Shown here in pieces: positions 38,003-47,633 of a stretch of 64,000 nucleotides of DNA (its first letter is position 1; each line of letters begins with the position of its first letter). This DNA comes from Paludibacteraceae bacterium (GTDB lineage Bacteria > Bacteroidota > Bacteroidia > Bacteroidales > Paludibacteraceae), in the NCBI GenBank assembly GCA_017649635.1, contig JAGCGM010000027.1:989-64988 (forward strand), read 5' to 3'. Position numbers and translations under genes: made by a program. Below the pieces are notes generated by a model that saw nothing but the letters and a program-made list of their open reading frames with translations, ran no database searches and had not been told where the DNA came from.

Positions 38003-39526
38003 ATGTCTAATTCAACCCGCATAGCTAAGAACACGTTGTTCCTATACGTGAGGATGTTTTTCATTATGGTGGTCACTCTATTCACGAGTAGGGTGATTCT
38101 AGAGGTTCTTGGCGTAAGTGATTTCGGAATTTACAATGTAGTGGGGGGAGTCTCCAGTTCGTTCGTATTCTTCTCAAGCGCATTGTCCAATTCCACCCAA
38201 CGTTTCTTGAACTTCAAGATGGGTGAGAACGACATGGCGGGTGCGAAGGCTGTATTCAACAATAGTTTAATCATCTATTCGGCGATCTCGGCTGCAGTTT
38301 TACTGATAGGCACACCAATCGGTTACTGGTTTGTCACACATAAACTTGTGATTCCAGAGGATCGGATGGACGCGGCGATAGGCGTCTTCTTCGTGACCGT
38401 GTTCATGTTCGTCGCGACGATGATGCTCTCCGTCTACAATTCCGTATTGATCGCAAGGGAAAACATGAAGTGTTATGCTTTCGTCGGTGTGTTCGATGCG
38501 GTATCCAAGTTGGTGATTGTCTATGCGTTGATGTTAACGGATGGCGACCGGCTATTGCTCTACGCAGTGTTGCTCTGTGTGGTGCACCTCATCTCGAAGA
38601 TGATACCGGTGATCATCTGTATACACAAATACGAAGAGTGTAAGTTCGCCTTACACTACGACAAGGTATTGGTTCGTCAATTATTCAGTTTCATCGGCTG
38701 GAACGGATTCGGTTGTGCGGTTTGGATGATCAACGGGCAAGGAATCAACATCTTGATCAATACCTTCTTCGGAACGGTGGTCAATGCGGCGAACGGAATC
38801 GCCACGCAAGTGACGCAAGCAGTCAACAATTTCAGCGTCAATTTCTTCACGGCGGTGAGGCCACAGATCGTCAAATCGTTTGCGGCCAAGGACTACGACT
38901 ACTTCAACAAATTGGTCTATGCGAGTTGTCGTTTCTCATTCTACATGACGTGGATGATTTGTTTGCCTATCATGGCTAAATCAGATTACATACTTTATCT
39001 CTGGTTGAAAAATCCACCAGAGTATGCCTCCGAGTTCGTGGTATGGACGTTATTGTTCAGTGCGATCAATGTGCTGACAAACCCAGTTTGGTGTGCGGCG
39101 CAGGCCTCGGGGAAGATCGCCAAATTCATCATGATAGGAAGTTCGGTCTTCCTGATGGTCTTCCCGATTAGTTGGGTGATGCTTTCGTTCGGACATGAGC
39201 CAACCATCGTCTTTCAGGTGATGTGTGTGATGCGTGTGGCCTATCTGTTTACGATCAGAAAGGTGCTAGGTAGTTACATCGACTTCCCATTGAAACGTTT
39301 CTTGAAAAATGTGGCAGTGCCCGTCCTAAAGGTAGGCGTAATCAGTGCGTTGTTGATTTTTTACCTTGCAGGATTCTTCTCCGACAACATACAATCGCTC
39401 ATTCTATTCGTTCTAACCACTATTCTCTTCACAGGAACACTTTCCTACATGATCGGAATGAACAGTAAAGAACGACAGATGATAAAAGAGAAAGCGGGGA
39501 GTATCATGCGAAAGTTTAAACGGTAG
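38003..39526 (+). CDS. Second MOP-superfamily oligosaccharide flippase
   Basis: About 12-14 TM helices. The N-terminus IAKNTLFLYVRMFFIMVVTLFTSRVILEVLGVSDFGIYNVVGG is typical of O-antigen/capsule translocases. Confidence 0.7.
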   Translation: MSNSTRIAKNTLFLYVRMFFIMVVTLFTSRVILEVLGVSDFGIYNVVGGVSSSFVFFSSALSNSTQRFLNFKMGENDMAGAKAVFNNSLIIYSAISAAVLLIGTPIGYWFVTHKLVIPEDRMDAAIGVFFVTVFMFVATMMLSVYNSVLIARENMKCYAFVGVFDAVSKLVIVYALMLTDGDRLLLYAVLLCVVHLISKMIPVIICIHKYEECKFALHYDKVLVRQLFSFIGWNGFGCAVWMINGQGINILINTFFGTVVNAANGIATQVTQAVNNFSVNFFTAVRPQIVKSFAAKDYDYFNKLVYASCRFSFYMTWMICLPIMAKSDYILYLWLKNPPEYASEFVVWTLLFSAINVLTNPVWCAAQASGKIAKFIMIGSSVFLMVFPISWVMLSFGHEPTIVFQVMCVMRVAYLFTIRKVLGSYIDFPLKRFLKNVAVPVLKVGVISALLIFYLAGFFSDNIQSLILFVLTTILFTGTLSYMIGMNSKERQMIKEKAGSIMRKFKR

Positions 39527-39599
39527 TCCTACGCTTTTGAAACACAACAGATCGCATAAAGAAGCAAATAAATAGTAAATATAATTACTTTGTATATCG

Positions 39600-40748
39600 A
39601 TGAAAAAAGTGATGTTGGTCTTCGGTACACGTCCGGAGGCAATTAAGATGTGTCCATTGGTTAAAGAGTTTCAAAAATATCCGAACGATTTTGAAACCAT
39701 AGTCTGTGTGACGGGACAGCACAGGGAGATGTTGGATCAGGTGTTGAAGATTTTCGAAGTGAAGCCTGATTATGATTTGAACATCATGAAGCAAGGTCAG
39801 GACTTGTATGATGTGACGGCCCGTGTCCTGACAGGTATGCGGGATGTCTTCAAACAGTGTAAACCTGATGTCGTGTTGGTTCACGGTGACACGACCACTT
39901 CCACCGCTGCGGCTTTGGCTGCGTTCTATCAGCAAATTCCGGTAGGTCATGTCGAAGCGGGGCTCCGCACACATAACATCTACAGTCCATGGCCGGAGGA
40001 GATGAACCGACAGATCACGGGACGTATCTCAACCTACAACTTCTCGCCGACACCGCTCTCCGAGAAGAACCTCAAGGACGAGAAGGCTCATGGCCAAATC
40101 TTCGTGACGGGTAATACTGTGATCGACGCCCTACACATGGTGGTCGATAAACTAAAGGGAGACAAGAAACTCGCCGACGAGCAGATCCAAGTGTTGAAAA
40201 ACGCCGGCTACGATGTGTCTCGCCTAGACAACGGCAAGAAGCTCGTGCTCATCACGGGCCACAGACGTGAGAACTTCGGTGACGGGTTTATCAGCATGGT
40301 GACCGCCATGAAAGACCTTTCGGAGAAGTATCCCGAGGTCGATTTCGTCTATCCGATGCACCTCAATCCGAACGTCCGCAAGCCTATCCACCAAGTATTC
40401 GGCGAAGACCTCACGGTATACGAGAACTTCTTCTTCATCGAACCGCTCCAATATCTGGAGTTCGTCTATCTGATGGAGAAATCCACTTTGGTCCTCACGG
40501 ATTCGGGAGGTATCCAAGAGGAGGCGCCGGGACTCGGCAAGCCTGTGCTCGTCATGCGCGACACGACCGAACGTCCGGAGGCCCTCTCTGCAGGTACGGT
40601 GAAGCTGGTCGGCACGGACTACAACGCTATCTTCGGCAATGTGTCCGAATTGCTGGACTCTCCGGCAGCCTACGAAAAGATGTCCAAGGCAGTGAACCCT
40701 TACGGCGACGGACTGGCCTGCGGAAGAATCGTGAAGGCTTTAAAATAG
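39600..40748 (+). CDS. wecB: UDP-N-acetylglucosamine 2-epimerase (non-hydrolysing)
   Basis: FGTRPEAIKMCPL, VHGDTTT, HVEAGLRT and DSGGIQEEAP motifs. Confidence 0.92.
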   Translation: MKKVMLVFGTRPEAIKMCPLVKEFQKYPNDFETIVCVTGQHREMLDQVLKIFEVKPDYDLNIMKQGQDLYDVTARVLTGMRDVFKQCKPDVVLVHGDTTTSTAAALAAFYQQIPVGHVEAGLRTHNIYSPWPEEMNRQITGRISTYNFSPTPLSEKNLKDEKAHGQIFVTGNTVIDALHMVVDKLKGDKKLADEQIQVLKNAGYDVSRLDNGKKLVLITGHRRENFGDGFISMVTAMKDLSEKYPEVDFVYPMHLNPNVRKPIHQVFGEDLTVYENFFFIEPLQYLEFVYLMEKSTLVLTDSGGIQEEAPGLGKPVLVMRDTTERPEALSAGTVKLVGTDYNAIFGNVSELLDSPAAYEKMSKAVNPYGDGLACGRIVKALK

Positions 40749-40834
40749 AATTTCAAAAAATAATATAATTAATAACACATACGAAAACAATTGGTTAACA
40801 ACCGATTCGCTCGTTTTTAAGATTCTTTATCTCT

Positions 40835-42055
40835 ATGATTAACGTAATTGGATTGGGTTACATCGGACTTCCAACCGCCCTGATGATGGCATCCCATGGT
40901 GTGGAAGTGATTGGAACAGACTACAATAAGGAACTTGTAGCCACTTTGAACGAAGGTAAGACGACCTTTAAGGAAGATGGTCTTGACGAACTCTTCAACG
41001 CAGCTGTAAAGGCAGGCATCAAGTTTACCACTGAATACCAGAAGACGGACATGTACATCGTATCCGTGCCAACCCCTTACAACAAGTTCTCCAAGAAGGT
41101 GGACGCTTGCTACGTGGTGGCTGCGGTCAAAGAGGTGATGAAGGTTTGTCCGAAGGGGGCTACCGTCGTTGTGGAGTCCACCGTCAGCCCCGGAACAATG
41201 GATAAGTTCGTACGTCCGGTTGTCGAGGCGAACGGATTTGTCATCGGCAAGGACATCAACCTCGTGCATGCGCCTGAGCGTATCATCCCAGGCAACATGG
41301 TCTACGAGTTGCTCCACAACAACCGCACGATCGGTGCCGACGACAAGGCGATAGGGGAGAAAGTGAAAAAATATTACGCATCCTTCTGCCAAGGCGAAAT
41401 CGTCGTGACGGACATCCGTACGGCCGAGATGACCAAAGTGGTGGAAAACACCTTCCGCGCGGTCAACATTGCCTTCGCAAACGAGCTTGCCAGGATCTGC
41501 CGCCACGACAACATGGATGTCTATGAGATCATCAAAATCTGTAACATGCACCCTCGCGTGAACATCCTGCAGCCTGGCCCAGGCGTCGGCGGACACTGCA
41601 TCTCCGTGGATCCTTGGTTCCTCGTGGGCGACTATCCTCAATTGGCGAAGGTGATCGACGAGTCCATGAAGACGAACGATAGCCAGCCGACCTTCGTGCT
41701 GAACCGTATCTACGAAATCATGCAGGAGAACAATATCACAGACAACCGTAAAGTGGGTCTGTACGGTATCACCTACAAGGAAAACGTGGATGACTTCCGC
41801 GAGTCACCAACCTTGCAGATGCTCGAAGCGCAAGAACGTCATTTGGCTCGTCCACTGAAGTGCTACGACCCGTTCCTGAAACAAGACATCGTGAAGAACC
41901 AATTCCACGACTTCGACGAGTTCCTCAACGACGTGGACATGGTGGTCATCATGGTGAAACACGACCAAATCAAGCAAAATTGGGACAAGTTGAAGGGCAA
42001 GGTCATCTTGGATTGCCATAACATCTGTCCGTTGGAGGGTGTATATCACATCTAA
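40835..42055 (+). CDS. wecC: UDP-N-acetyl-D-mannosamine dehydrogenase
   Basis: INVIGLGYIGLPTA NAD motif and the GPGVGGHCI catalytic cysteine motif. Directly follows wecB. Confidence 0.9.
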   Translation: MINVIGLGYIGLPTALMMASHGVEVIGTDYNKELVATLNEGKTTFKEDGLDELFNAAVKAGIKFTTEYQKTDMYIVSVPTPYNKFSKKVDACYVVAAVKEVMKVCPKGATVVVESTVSPGTMDKFVRPVVEANGFVIGKDINLVHAPERIIPGNMVYELLHNNRTIGADDKAIGEKVKKYYASFCQGEIVVTDIRTAEMTKVVENTFRAVNIAFANELARICRHDNMDVYEIIKICNMHPRVNILQPGPGVGGHCISVDPWFLVGDYPQLAKVIDESMKTNDSQPTFVLNRIYEIMQENNITDNRKVGLYGITYKENVDDFRESPTLQMLEAQERHLARPLKCYDPFLKQDIVKNQFHDFDEFLNDVDMVVIMVKHDQIKQNWDKLKGKVILDCHNICPLEGVYHI

Positions 42056-42078
42056 GACAAAACATTTAGACAAAGGGA

Positions 42079-42129
42079 AGCAGCCACACAGGTGGAACGC
42101 AGGTTCGTGGTTCGATACCACTGGCTGCT
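42079..42129 (+). other. tRNA-like minihelix element (8-bp stem stacked on a 4-bp stem with a TTCGATA T-loop); not a full tRNA
   Basis: AGCAGCCA (42079-86) pairs with TGGCTGCT (42122-29). GTGG (42107-10) / CCAC (42118-21) close the loop TTCGATA. GAAC-GCAG-GTTC forms a hairpin at 42095-42106. Located in the wecC-wzy intergenic gap. Confidence 0.25.
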
Positions 42130-42161
42130 ACGATGAATAGAAACAGAAAGTAGTTCGGGTC

Positions 42162-43583
42162 ATGATTGAGAGAATGATTTATAACACAGTATGGGACAAG
42201 ATAAACGCATATCTTGTATTCCTGATTCCCATACTGATAATAGGGGTACTTCTGAACATAATCAAGTTCCCCATTGTCGCCATACTGATATTCCTCTCCT
42301 TCATCTTCCTATGCAACAACCATGAGAAAAGCGTGGTCTGCGCTTTGGTTTTCTGTAAGATGATCGGAACGTTCGGTCCCGCATTGGGTATTCATGTGCC
42401 GGGTACAGTGGTCGCCTTCTTCCTGATCATAGTATTCATGAGGAAGGATCTCATGAAGCTCTTCAACAAGCATACGACGAAGCCTATCGTCTTCATCCTA
42501 TCCGTCTTCTTCATCTTCATGGTCTATTACCTGCTGACCGGCGAGACGAGGAATTCGGGTTCGAAGTTCAACACCATGGTCATCGCCCTCTGCGTGGATA
42601 CCATCGCGTTCCTCATTCTCGTGACGTTCGACGACATCAGGATGGAGCGGCTGACGGTTCCACTGCTTCTCTTCGCGCTGATGCAGCTCGGGTATGTGGA
42701 GTCGTTCTCCGGGCATAGACCCGCAGGCATTCTGGATTTCTCCTTCTTCCGTAACGCCTGCGTCGATATGATGAGGAAGGGCCTCCCGGTGCTCTCGTAC
42801 CACAATATGGGTATCGCCGCCTTCCTTGGGGCAGCCTTCATGATGAGCCAGCGCAAAAAGATCAACAACTATTTCGACATCGTATTCCTCTTCAGCGCAT
42901 TTTGGTTGATTCTCTTGTCGGGTGCCCGGCAAACTATCTTCGGATTTGTATTCCTGGTATTTGTCTGGATGGTCTTCCGTACGGAAAGATTCAAACTGAC
43001 CACAGTCATCTTGGCGGCGACCGTCATCGTAGGTATTTACCTATGCTTGAAAATGTTGGAGGTGCCGATTCTACAAGACTCCTCCGTACGTGGCGCACAC
43101 TTGGGTAGTGACTTGAACCGTAACTACGATTATCCGCTAATGATCATTTCGTATCATTTCTTGGACGGTATCGGTTTCGGCAACTACCACAACCCATACA
43201 CAAATGAAATCTATCCTCACAACATATTCCTCGAAATCCTATGCGAAATGGGTTTCGTCGGATTGATTTTCGTCGGCATGGTGGTCTTCGCCTTCGTACG
43301 TTCACACCACTTCCTCTTGCGTAATGAGTTGCCGAGCGGAGGCATCTGCCTTCTCCTATGGATACCATACCTCATACGCTCCATGATTAGCGGAGACCTC
43401 AGCGAGAATATTTCGCTATTCATATCCATGTTCCTATTGTTCCACTATAGGGGCATCGTGGTGAGCCGGAAACGGTTGGAGCAGCTGATGAGATTGAGGC
43501 GGACCCCAAAGTCTGTATATTGGAAGAAAACAAATGAAGAGGTGCAAGCCTCCAACAGTGAAATTATAGAGGTTAATAAATGA
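42162..43583 (+). CDS. wzy: O-antigen ligase/polymerase-family membrane protein (Wzy-like, locus 2)
   Basis: About 11 TM helices with a large loop region. Fits the Wzy_C-like pattern. Confidence 0.65.
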   Translation: MIERMIYNTVWDKINAYLVFLIPILIIGVLLNIIKFPIVAILIFLSFIFLCNNHEKSVVCALVFCKMIGTFGPALGIHVPGTVVAFFLIIVFMRKDLMKLFNKHTTKPIVFILSVFFIFMVYYLLTGETRNSGSKFNTMVIALCVDTIAFLILVTFDDIRMERLTVPLLLFALMQLGYVESFSGHRPAGILDFSFFRNACVDMMRKGLPVLSYHNMGIAAFLGAAFMMSQRKKINNYFDIVFLFSAFWLILLSGARQTIFGFVFLVFVWMVFRTERFKLTTVILAATVIVGIYLCLKMLEVPILQDSSVRGAHLGSDLNRNYDYPLMIISYHFLDGIGFGNYHNPYTNEIYPHNIFLEILCEMGFVGLIFVGMVVFAFVRSHHFLLRNELPSGGICLLLWIPYLIRSMISGDLSENISLFISMFLLFHYRGIVVSRKRLEQLMRLRRTPKSVYWKKTNEEVQASNSEIIEVNK

Positions 43584-44734
43584 AGCATGTAATCTATGTA
43601 TGCGTCGGTGACGTTTCCGTATATGAATCGCAAGTTTTAGAGTTATTGAACTACCTTCAGAGCAGAGAGATAAAAGTCACCTTATTACAAGGATATAAAT
43701 CTGACGAAGAGAAAAAAAAACTAGAGAAGAAACTCTCTAATCACCCTCCGATTCCGACAGTATGGATGAAAAGTTTCTCGGCCTATCCATTCTTTAAAAA
43801 GAAGATGGTCGACTCCCTTTACCAAGGAATCTCCTCCATCGAAGGATACCACGAGGCCATGTTCCACGTACGTAGCGAATATGTCGGATACGTCATGAAG
43901 CACACATTCCAGGAGTATGGATTGAACCTGCCCATGCTGATTGACATACGCGGAATTATCTGCGAGGAACTGAAATACAAGCAGAAACAATTGAAAGGGA
44001 AACGCAAATTGCTCTCTTTCATTCAGAGTCTCTATCTGAAGTCCTGTTACAAGAAACTCTTCTCACCTGATAACATGAGAATCGCCATCTCGTCCGTATC
44101 TTCCGCAATCAACGACTATATCGGTACGAATTACCCCTCCTGCAAATACCAGAAGGTTGTCCATTCAAACATAGCGGGCAGGCAATTTGTCTTCGACGAG
44201 GGGAAAAGAGGGGAGATACGTCAACGTTACGGCATAGCGGACAACGAGGTGCTTGCGGTCTGCTCGACAGGAGGGAACGCGGTGTGGCAAAAAGACCATC
44301 TGGTGGTGAAACGTCTGGTGGAGATGGGCATACGTGTGATCAACCTTTCCAAAAATGAAATTGGCATAGACGGATGTGTCACGACGACGGTCCCTTTCAC
44401 TGAGATGCCAGCCATGCTCTCCGCCGCGGATGTGGCGGTCCTCTGGCGAGACGACACCTTCATGAACAACTCCGCTTCCCCTTCCAAGTTCAGTGAATTC
44501 GCCGCAATGGGACTCTACGTGATCCATAACAAAACCGTACAAGTGGCGGTGGAACATATCCAATCAACTGGTGCGGGATGCCTCGTGAACAACGTGGAGG
44601 AGATCAACGCACTGCCGTCCTACGAAGAACTGCAACGCCAACGCCAACAATGGATCGATGCTGGTCTCTCTTCTTTCGGCGTTGATGGCTTAGGAGATTC
44701 ATACATCCGCAAATACGACGAGATAATGAATTAG
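43580..44734 (+). CDS. Putative GT-B fold glycosyltransferase
   Basis: Two-Rossmann-domain layout suggested by the N-terminus HVIYVCVGDVSVYESQVL and C-terminus SPSKFSEFAAMGLYVI. ATGA overlap with the upstream gene. Contains an A9 tract at 43712-43720. Confidence 0.45.
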   Translation: MKHVIYVCVGDVSVYESQVLELLNYLQSREIKVTLLQGYKSDEEKKKLEKKLSNHPPIPTVWMKSFSAYPFFKKKMVDSLYQGISSIEGYHEAMFHVRSEYVGYVMKHTFQEYGLNLPMLIDIRGIICEELKYKQKQLKGKRKLLSFIQSLYLKSCYKKLFSPDNMRIAISSVSSAINDYIGTNYPSCKYQKVVHSNIAGRQFVFDEGKRGEIRQRYGIADNEVLAVCSTGGNAVWQKDHLVVKRLVEMGIRVINLSKNEIGIDGCVTTTVPFTEMPAMLSAADVAVLWRDDTFMNNSASPSKFSEFAAMGLYVIHNKTVQVAVEHIQSTGAGCLVNNVEEINALPSYEELQRQRQQWIDAGLSSFGVDGLGDSYIRKYDEIMN

Positions 44735-44781
44735 AATCAAACAAATAACGCATAAGAACTACAATTGACATTTCCTAGAAT

Positions 44782-45825
44782 ATGAAAATATTCATCAATA
44801 CACCTAGTCTCAGGTTCTGTGGCGGGGTCGCAAACCACTTCATGGGATTAAAAAATTTCTGGACGGAGCAGGTGAAATATAATTGCGTAGGTAAGCGTAT
44901 CCGTAACACGCCATGGCTAACCTATCTTATCCTACCTTATGACATCCTGAAATTCATCATCCGTCTGTTGATTTTCCGACCTGACATAGTGATGGTGAAT
45001 CCATCCATGGCCCCGAAGGCGCTCAAACGGGACTTCACATACTTGAAAATCTCCCGTTTCTTCGGATTTAAGGTCTCTTTTATGTTCCACGGATTCCACA
45101 CGGAGTCGGTGATGGATATGAAACCCTATATCGTCGAACAACTCAACAAGGCTTGCCTGATCTTCGTCTTGGCGAAGGAGTTCAAGACGACACTGGAAGA
45201 GTGGGGGGTCACCGTCCCGATCGAACTGACCACGACAAAGGTGGACGACCGCATGTTACAGAGTTTCTCGATAGATCAACGGCAAGGGAAGGTAGAGAAT
45301 ATACTCTTCCTCGCAAGGGTGACAAAACCCAAGGGAATAATGGTCACCTTAGGCGTTTTCAATGAATTGTACCATCAATATCCGAATCTGAAGTATACCG
45401 TAGTAGGGGACGGCGTGGATCTGGACGAGGCGAAGGCGTATGTGAGGGACAACGGTATCCCGAACGTCACATTCACAGGCGCATTGTCGGGGGAAAGGCT
45501 GGTGGAGGAGTTCAAACGGGCGGACCTCTATCTTTTCACTTCCTACCATGAGGGAATGCCTACCTCCGTACTGGAGGCGATGGCCTTCGGATTGCCAGTC
45601 GTTACGCATCCTGTGGGTGGCATGATCGATTTCTTCGACGAAAACATGGGCATTGCGGTCGACACATTCGAACCTGCCGATTTCGTTCCTCCGATTGTGG
45701 AATTGATCGAGAACCAAGAGAAGACAAAACGAATCTCCGAATATAACCACCAATACGCACATGACCATTTCTTGGCATCCATGGTGGCAAAACGGATGGA
45801 AAACATTTTCCGCAGATATATTTAA
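44782..45825 (+). CDS. Glycosyltransferase family 4
   Basis: SYHEGMPTSVLEAMAFGLPVVTHPVGG signature. Confidence 0.85.
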   Translation: MKIFINTPSLRFCGGVANHFMGLKNFWTEQVKYNCVGKRIRNTPWLTYLILPYDILKFIIRLLIFRPDIVMVNPSMAPKALKRDFTYLKISRFFGFKVSFMFHGFHTESVMDMKPYIVEQLNKACLIFVLAKEFKTTLEEWGVTVPIELTTTKVDDRMLQSFSIDQRQGKVENILFLARVTKPKGIMVTLGVFNELYHQYPNLKYTVVGDGVDLDEAKAYVRDNGIPNVTFTGALSGERLVEEFKRADLYLFTSYHEGMPTSVLEAMAFGLPVVTHPVGGMIDFFDENMGIAVDTFEPADFVPPIVELIENQEKTKRISEYNHQYAHDHFLASMVAKRMENIFRRYI

Positions 45826-45834
45826 TCTTATGAT

Positions 45835-46272
45835 ATGAAACTTAGCCGTATACGTAAACTGATATTCCTCCATCTGCAGCATCTGCCGATGAAGTCGAGG
45901 GGTTGGCGAGCCACTTGCTGCAAATGGGGCGGCGTCAATGTCTTGTGCCCGCAACGCACCTTCGTGGGCGAGAATGTCACCTTTGACACCAATTTTCCTG
46001 AGGACATCACCTTGGAAGAGGGCGTCCGCCTCACCACGGGCGTATGTATCGTGACGCATTTCATGAACCCGAAAACCGGCAAATATGATCGGGGGAAGGT
46101 GCTCATCAAGAAGAAAGCATACCTGGGTATGCACACACTCGTCGTCAAACCGGTCACCATCGGAGAAGGAGCCATCGTGGGGGCGGGGAGTGTCGTGACC
46201 AAGGATATACCGGATTACGAGGTTTGGGCTGGTAACCCCGCACGTTTCATTAAGAAAAGGGAACTAGAATGA
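45835..46272 (+). CDS. Hexapeptide-repeat O-acetyltransferase (WcaF/maltose-acetyltransferase-like)
   Basis: LbH repeats ending in IGEGAIVGAGSVVTKDIPDYEVWAGNPARFI. Confidence 0.8.
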   Translation: MKLSRIRKLIFLHLQHLPMKSRGWRATCCKWGGVNVLCPQRTFVGENVTFDTNFPEDITLEEGVRLTTGVCIVTHFMNPKTGKYDRGKVLIKKKAYLGMHTLVVKPVTIGEGAIVGAGSVVTKDIPDYEVWAGNPARFIKKRELE

Positions 46273-47516
46273 GTGCGGCATTAGACGCTTTCAAGAAGCT
46301 TAAGACATATTGTGAGAAGGAACAATTCAAGGGATGGGATCCCTATGACGGACTGAATTCCAAGCTCTTCAATGCGGTGTTGCCCCTGAAGCACTCCGCC
46401 TTGCTGCGACTATCCATCATACAAGGATTCAAGCGTTGTCCGTTCAACCTAAGACGGATCGCCCTCGTCCCGAAACAACATAACGCGAAGGGCATCGGCC
46501 TCTTCCTGCAAGGTTACTGCAACCTGGTGAAGGCGGTGGAACGGAACCCTGAATTAGAATCGGAATTGGGCACGAAAAACGCCTTGACGGAACGAGTGAA
46601 CGAGTTGGCGAAACTCCTGCTCTCCATGCGTTCCCAAGGCAACTACCATGGTGCCTGCTGGGGATACAACTTCGATTGGCAAGCCCGCCGGCTCTTTTTG
46701 TTCCCCGCTTATACGCCTACGGTGGTCGCCACGAACTTCTGCGCCTCCGCACTCTTCGACGCCTACGAAGTGACGGGCGTGGAGGAATACAAGCAGGTGG
46801 CGCTCTCCTCGGCGGAGTTCGTCATAAAAGACCTGCACCGCCATACGATCACGGAAGCGAAAGAGGGTCGGGGAGAGTCCTTCCTCTTCTCCTATAGCCC
46901 CCTACAGGGCAACGACACGGTCTACAACGCCTCCCTGTTAGGCAGCAAACTGTTGAGCCTCTGCTATAAGTACACGGGCAATGAGGAGTACAAAAATCTG
47001 GCAGCCGCCTCAGTGCGCGCCGCATTGGACGGACAAAAAGAGGATGGATCATGGGTCTACGGACTACTTCCCGTACAACAGTGGGTGGACTCTTTCCACA
47101 CAGGTTATAACCTCGACGGACTCATCGCCTTCTATGAGAACTGCGTGAAAGGCATCGATTCGGACGAAGTGGCGAAACCCATCCTCGACGGTATAGAGAA
47201 GGGCTTCGATTTCTACGTCAAGAACCTGTTCGACGAGAATTGCACCCCTAAATACTACTCCAACAGGATGTACCCGATCGACATCCACTGCCCCGGACAA
47301 CTCTTCGTGACATTGCACCGCCTGCACAAGACGGAGGGGTTCCATGACATGGAAGACAAGGTTTTGGACTGGACCATCCAAAACATGCAGGATCCTGAAG
47401 GTTATTTCTACTATCAGTTGAAACAGGGTATCAGCAGCAAAATCAGCTACATGAGGTGGAGCAACGCCTTCATGTTCAACGCCTTGTCCTATTTCATCCT
47501 TGACAGACTAGCCTGA
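46269..47516 (+). CDS. Uncharacterised soluble 415-aa protein, possibly an alpha/alpha-toroid-type sugar-modifying enzyme
   Basis: ATGA overlap with the acetyltransferase. No motif I can assign. Repeated helix-rich segments with W/Y/G-D (GWDPYDGLNS, GACWGYNFDW, DGSWVYG, EGYFYYQ) hint at an (alpha/alpha)6-like fold. Confidence 0.3.
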   Translation: MSAALDAFKKLKTYCEKEQFKGWDPYDGLNSKLFNAVLPLKHSALLRLSIIQGFKRCPFNLRRIALVPKQHNAKGIGLFLQGYCNLVKAVERNPELESELGTKNALTERVNELAKLLLSMRSQGNYHGACWGYNFDWQARRLFLFPAYTPTVVATNFCASALFDAYEVTGVEEYKQVALSSAEFVIKDLHRHTITEAKEGRGESFLFSYSPLQGNDTVYNASLLGSKLLSLCYKYTGNEEYKNLAAASVRAALDGQKEDGSWVYGLLPVQQWVDSFHTGYNLDGLIAFYENCVKGIDSDEVAKPILDGIEKGFDFYVKNLFDENCTPKYYSNRMYPIDIHCPGQLFVTLHRLHKTEGFHDMEDKVLDWTIQNMQDPEGYFYYQLKQGISSKISYMRWSNAFMFNALSYFILDRLA

Positions 47517-47633
47517 GGCCTACAGTCGACCTGATTCAAGCTGTTTTTAGACCTTATTACGGTGAATCATATGTATTACCACACTATAAGCATAATTTAA
47601 TTGATTTCAATTCAATATTTATCAGATATAAAG

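Noticed and set aside
42079-42129. A genuine tRNA gene or tmRNA.
   Set aside because: It is only 51 nt and has no D arm or anticodon arm. The T stem is only 4 bp, and no CCA or typical discriminator context follows. It is kept as a tRNA-like structural curiosity only.
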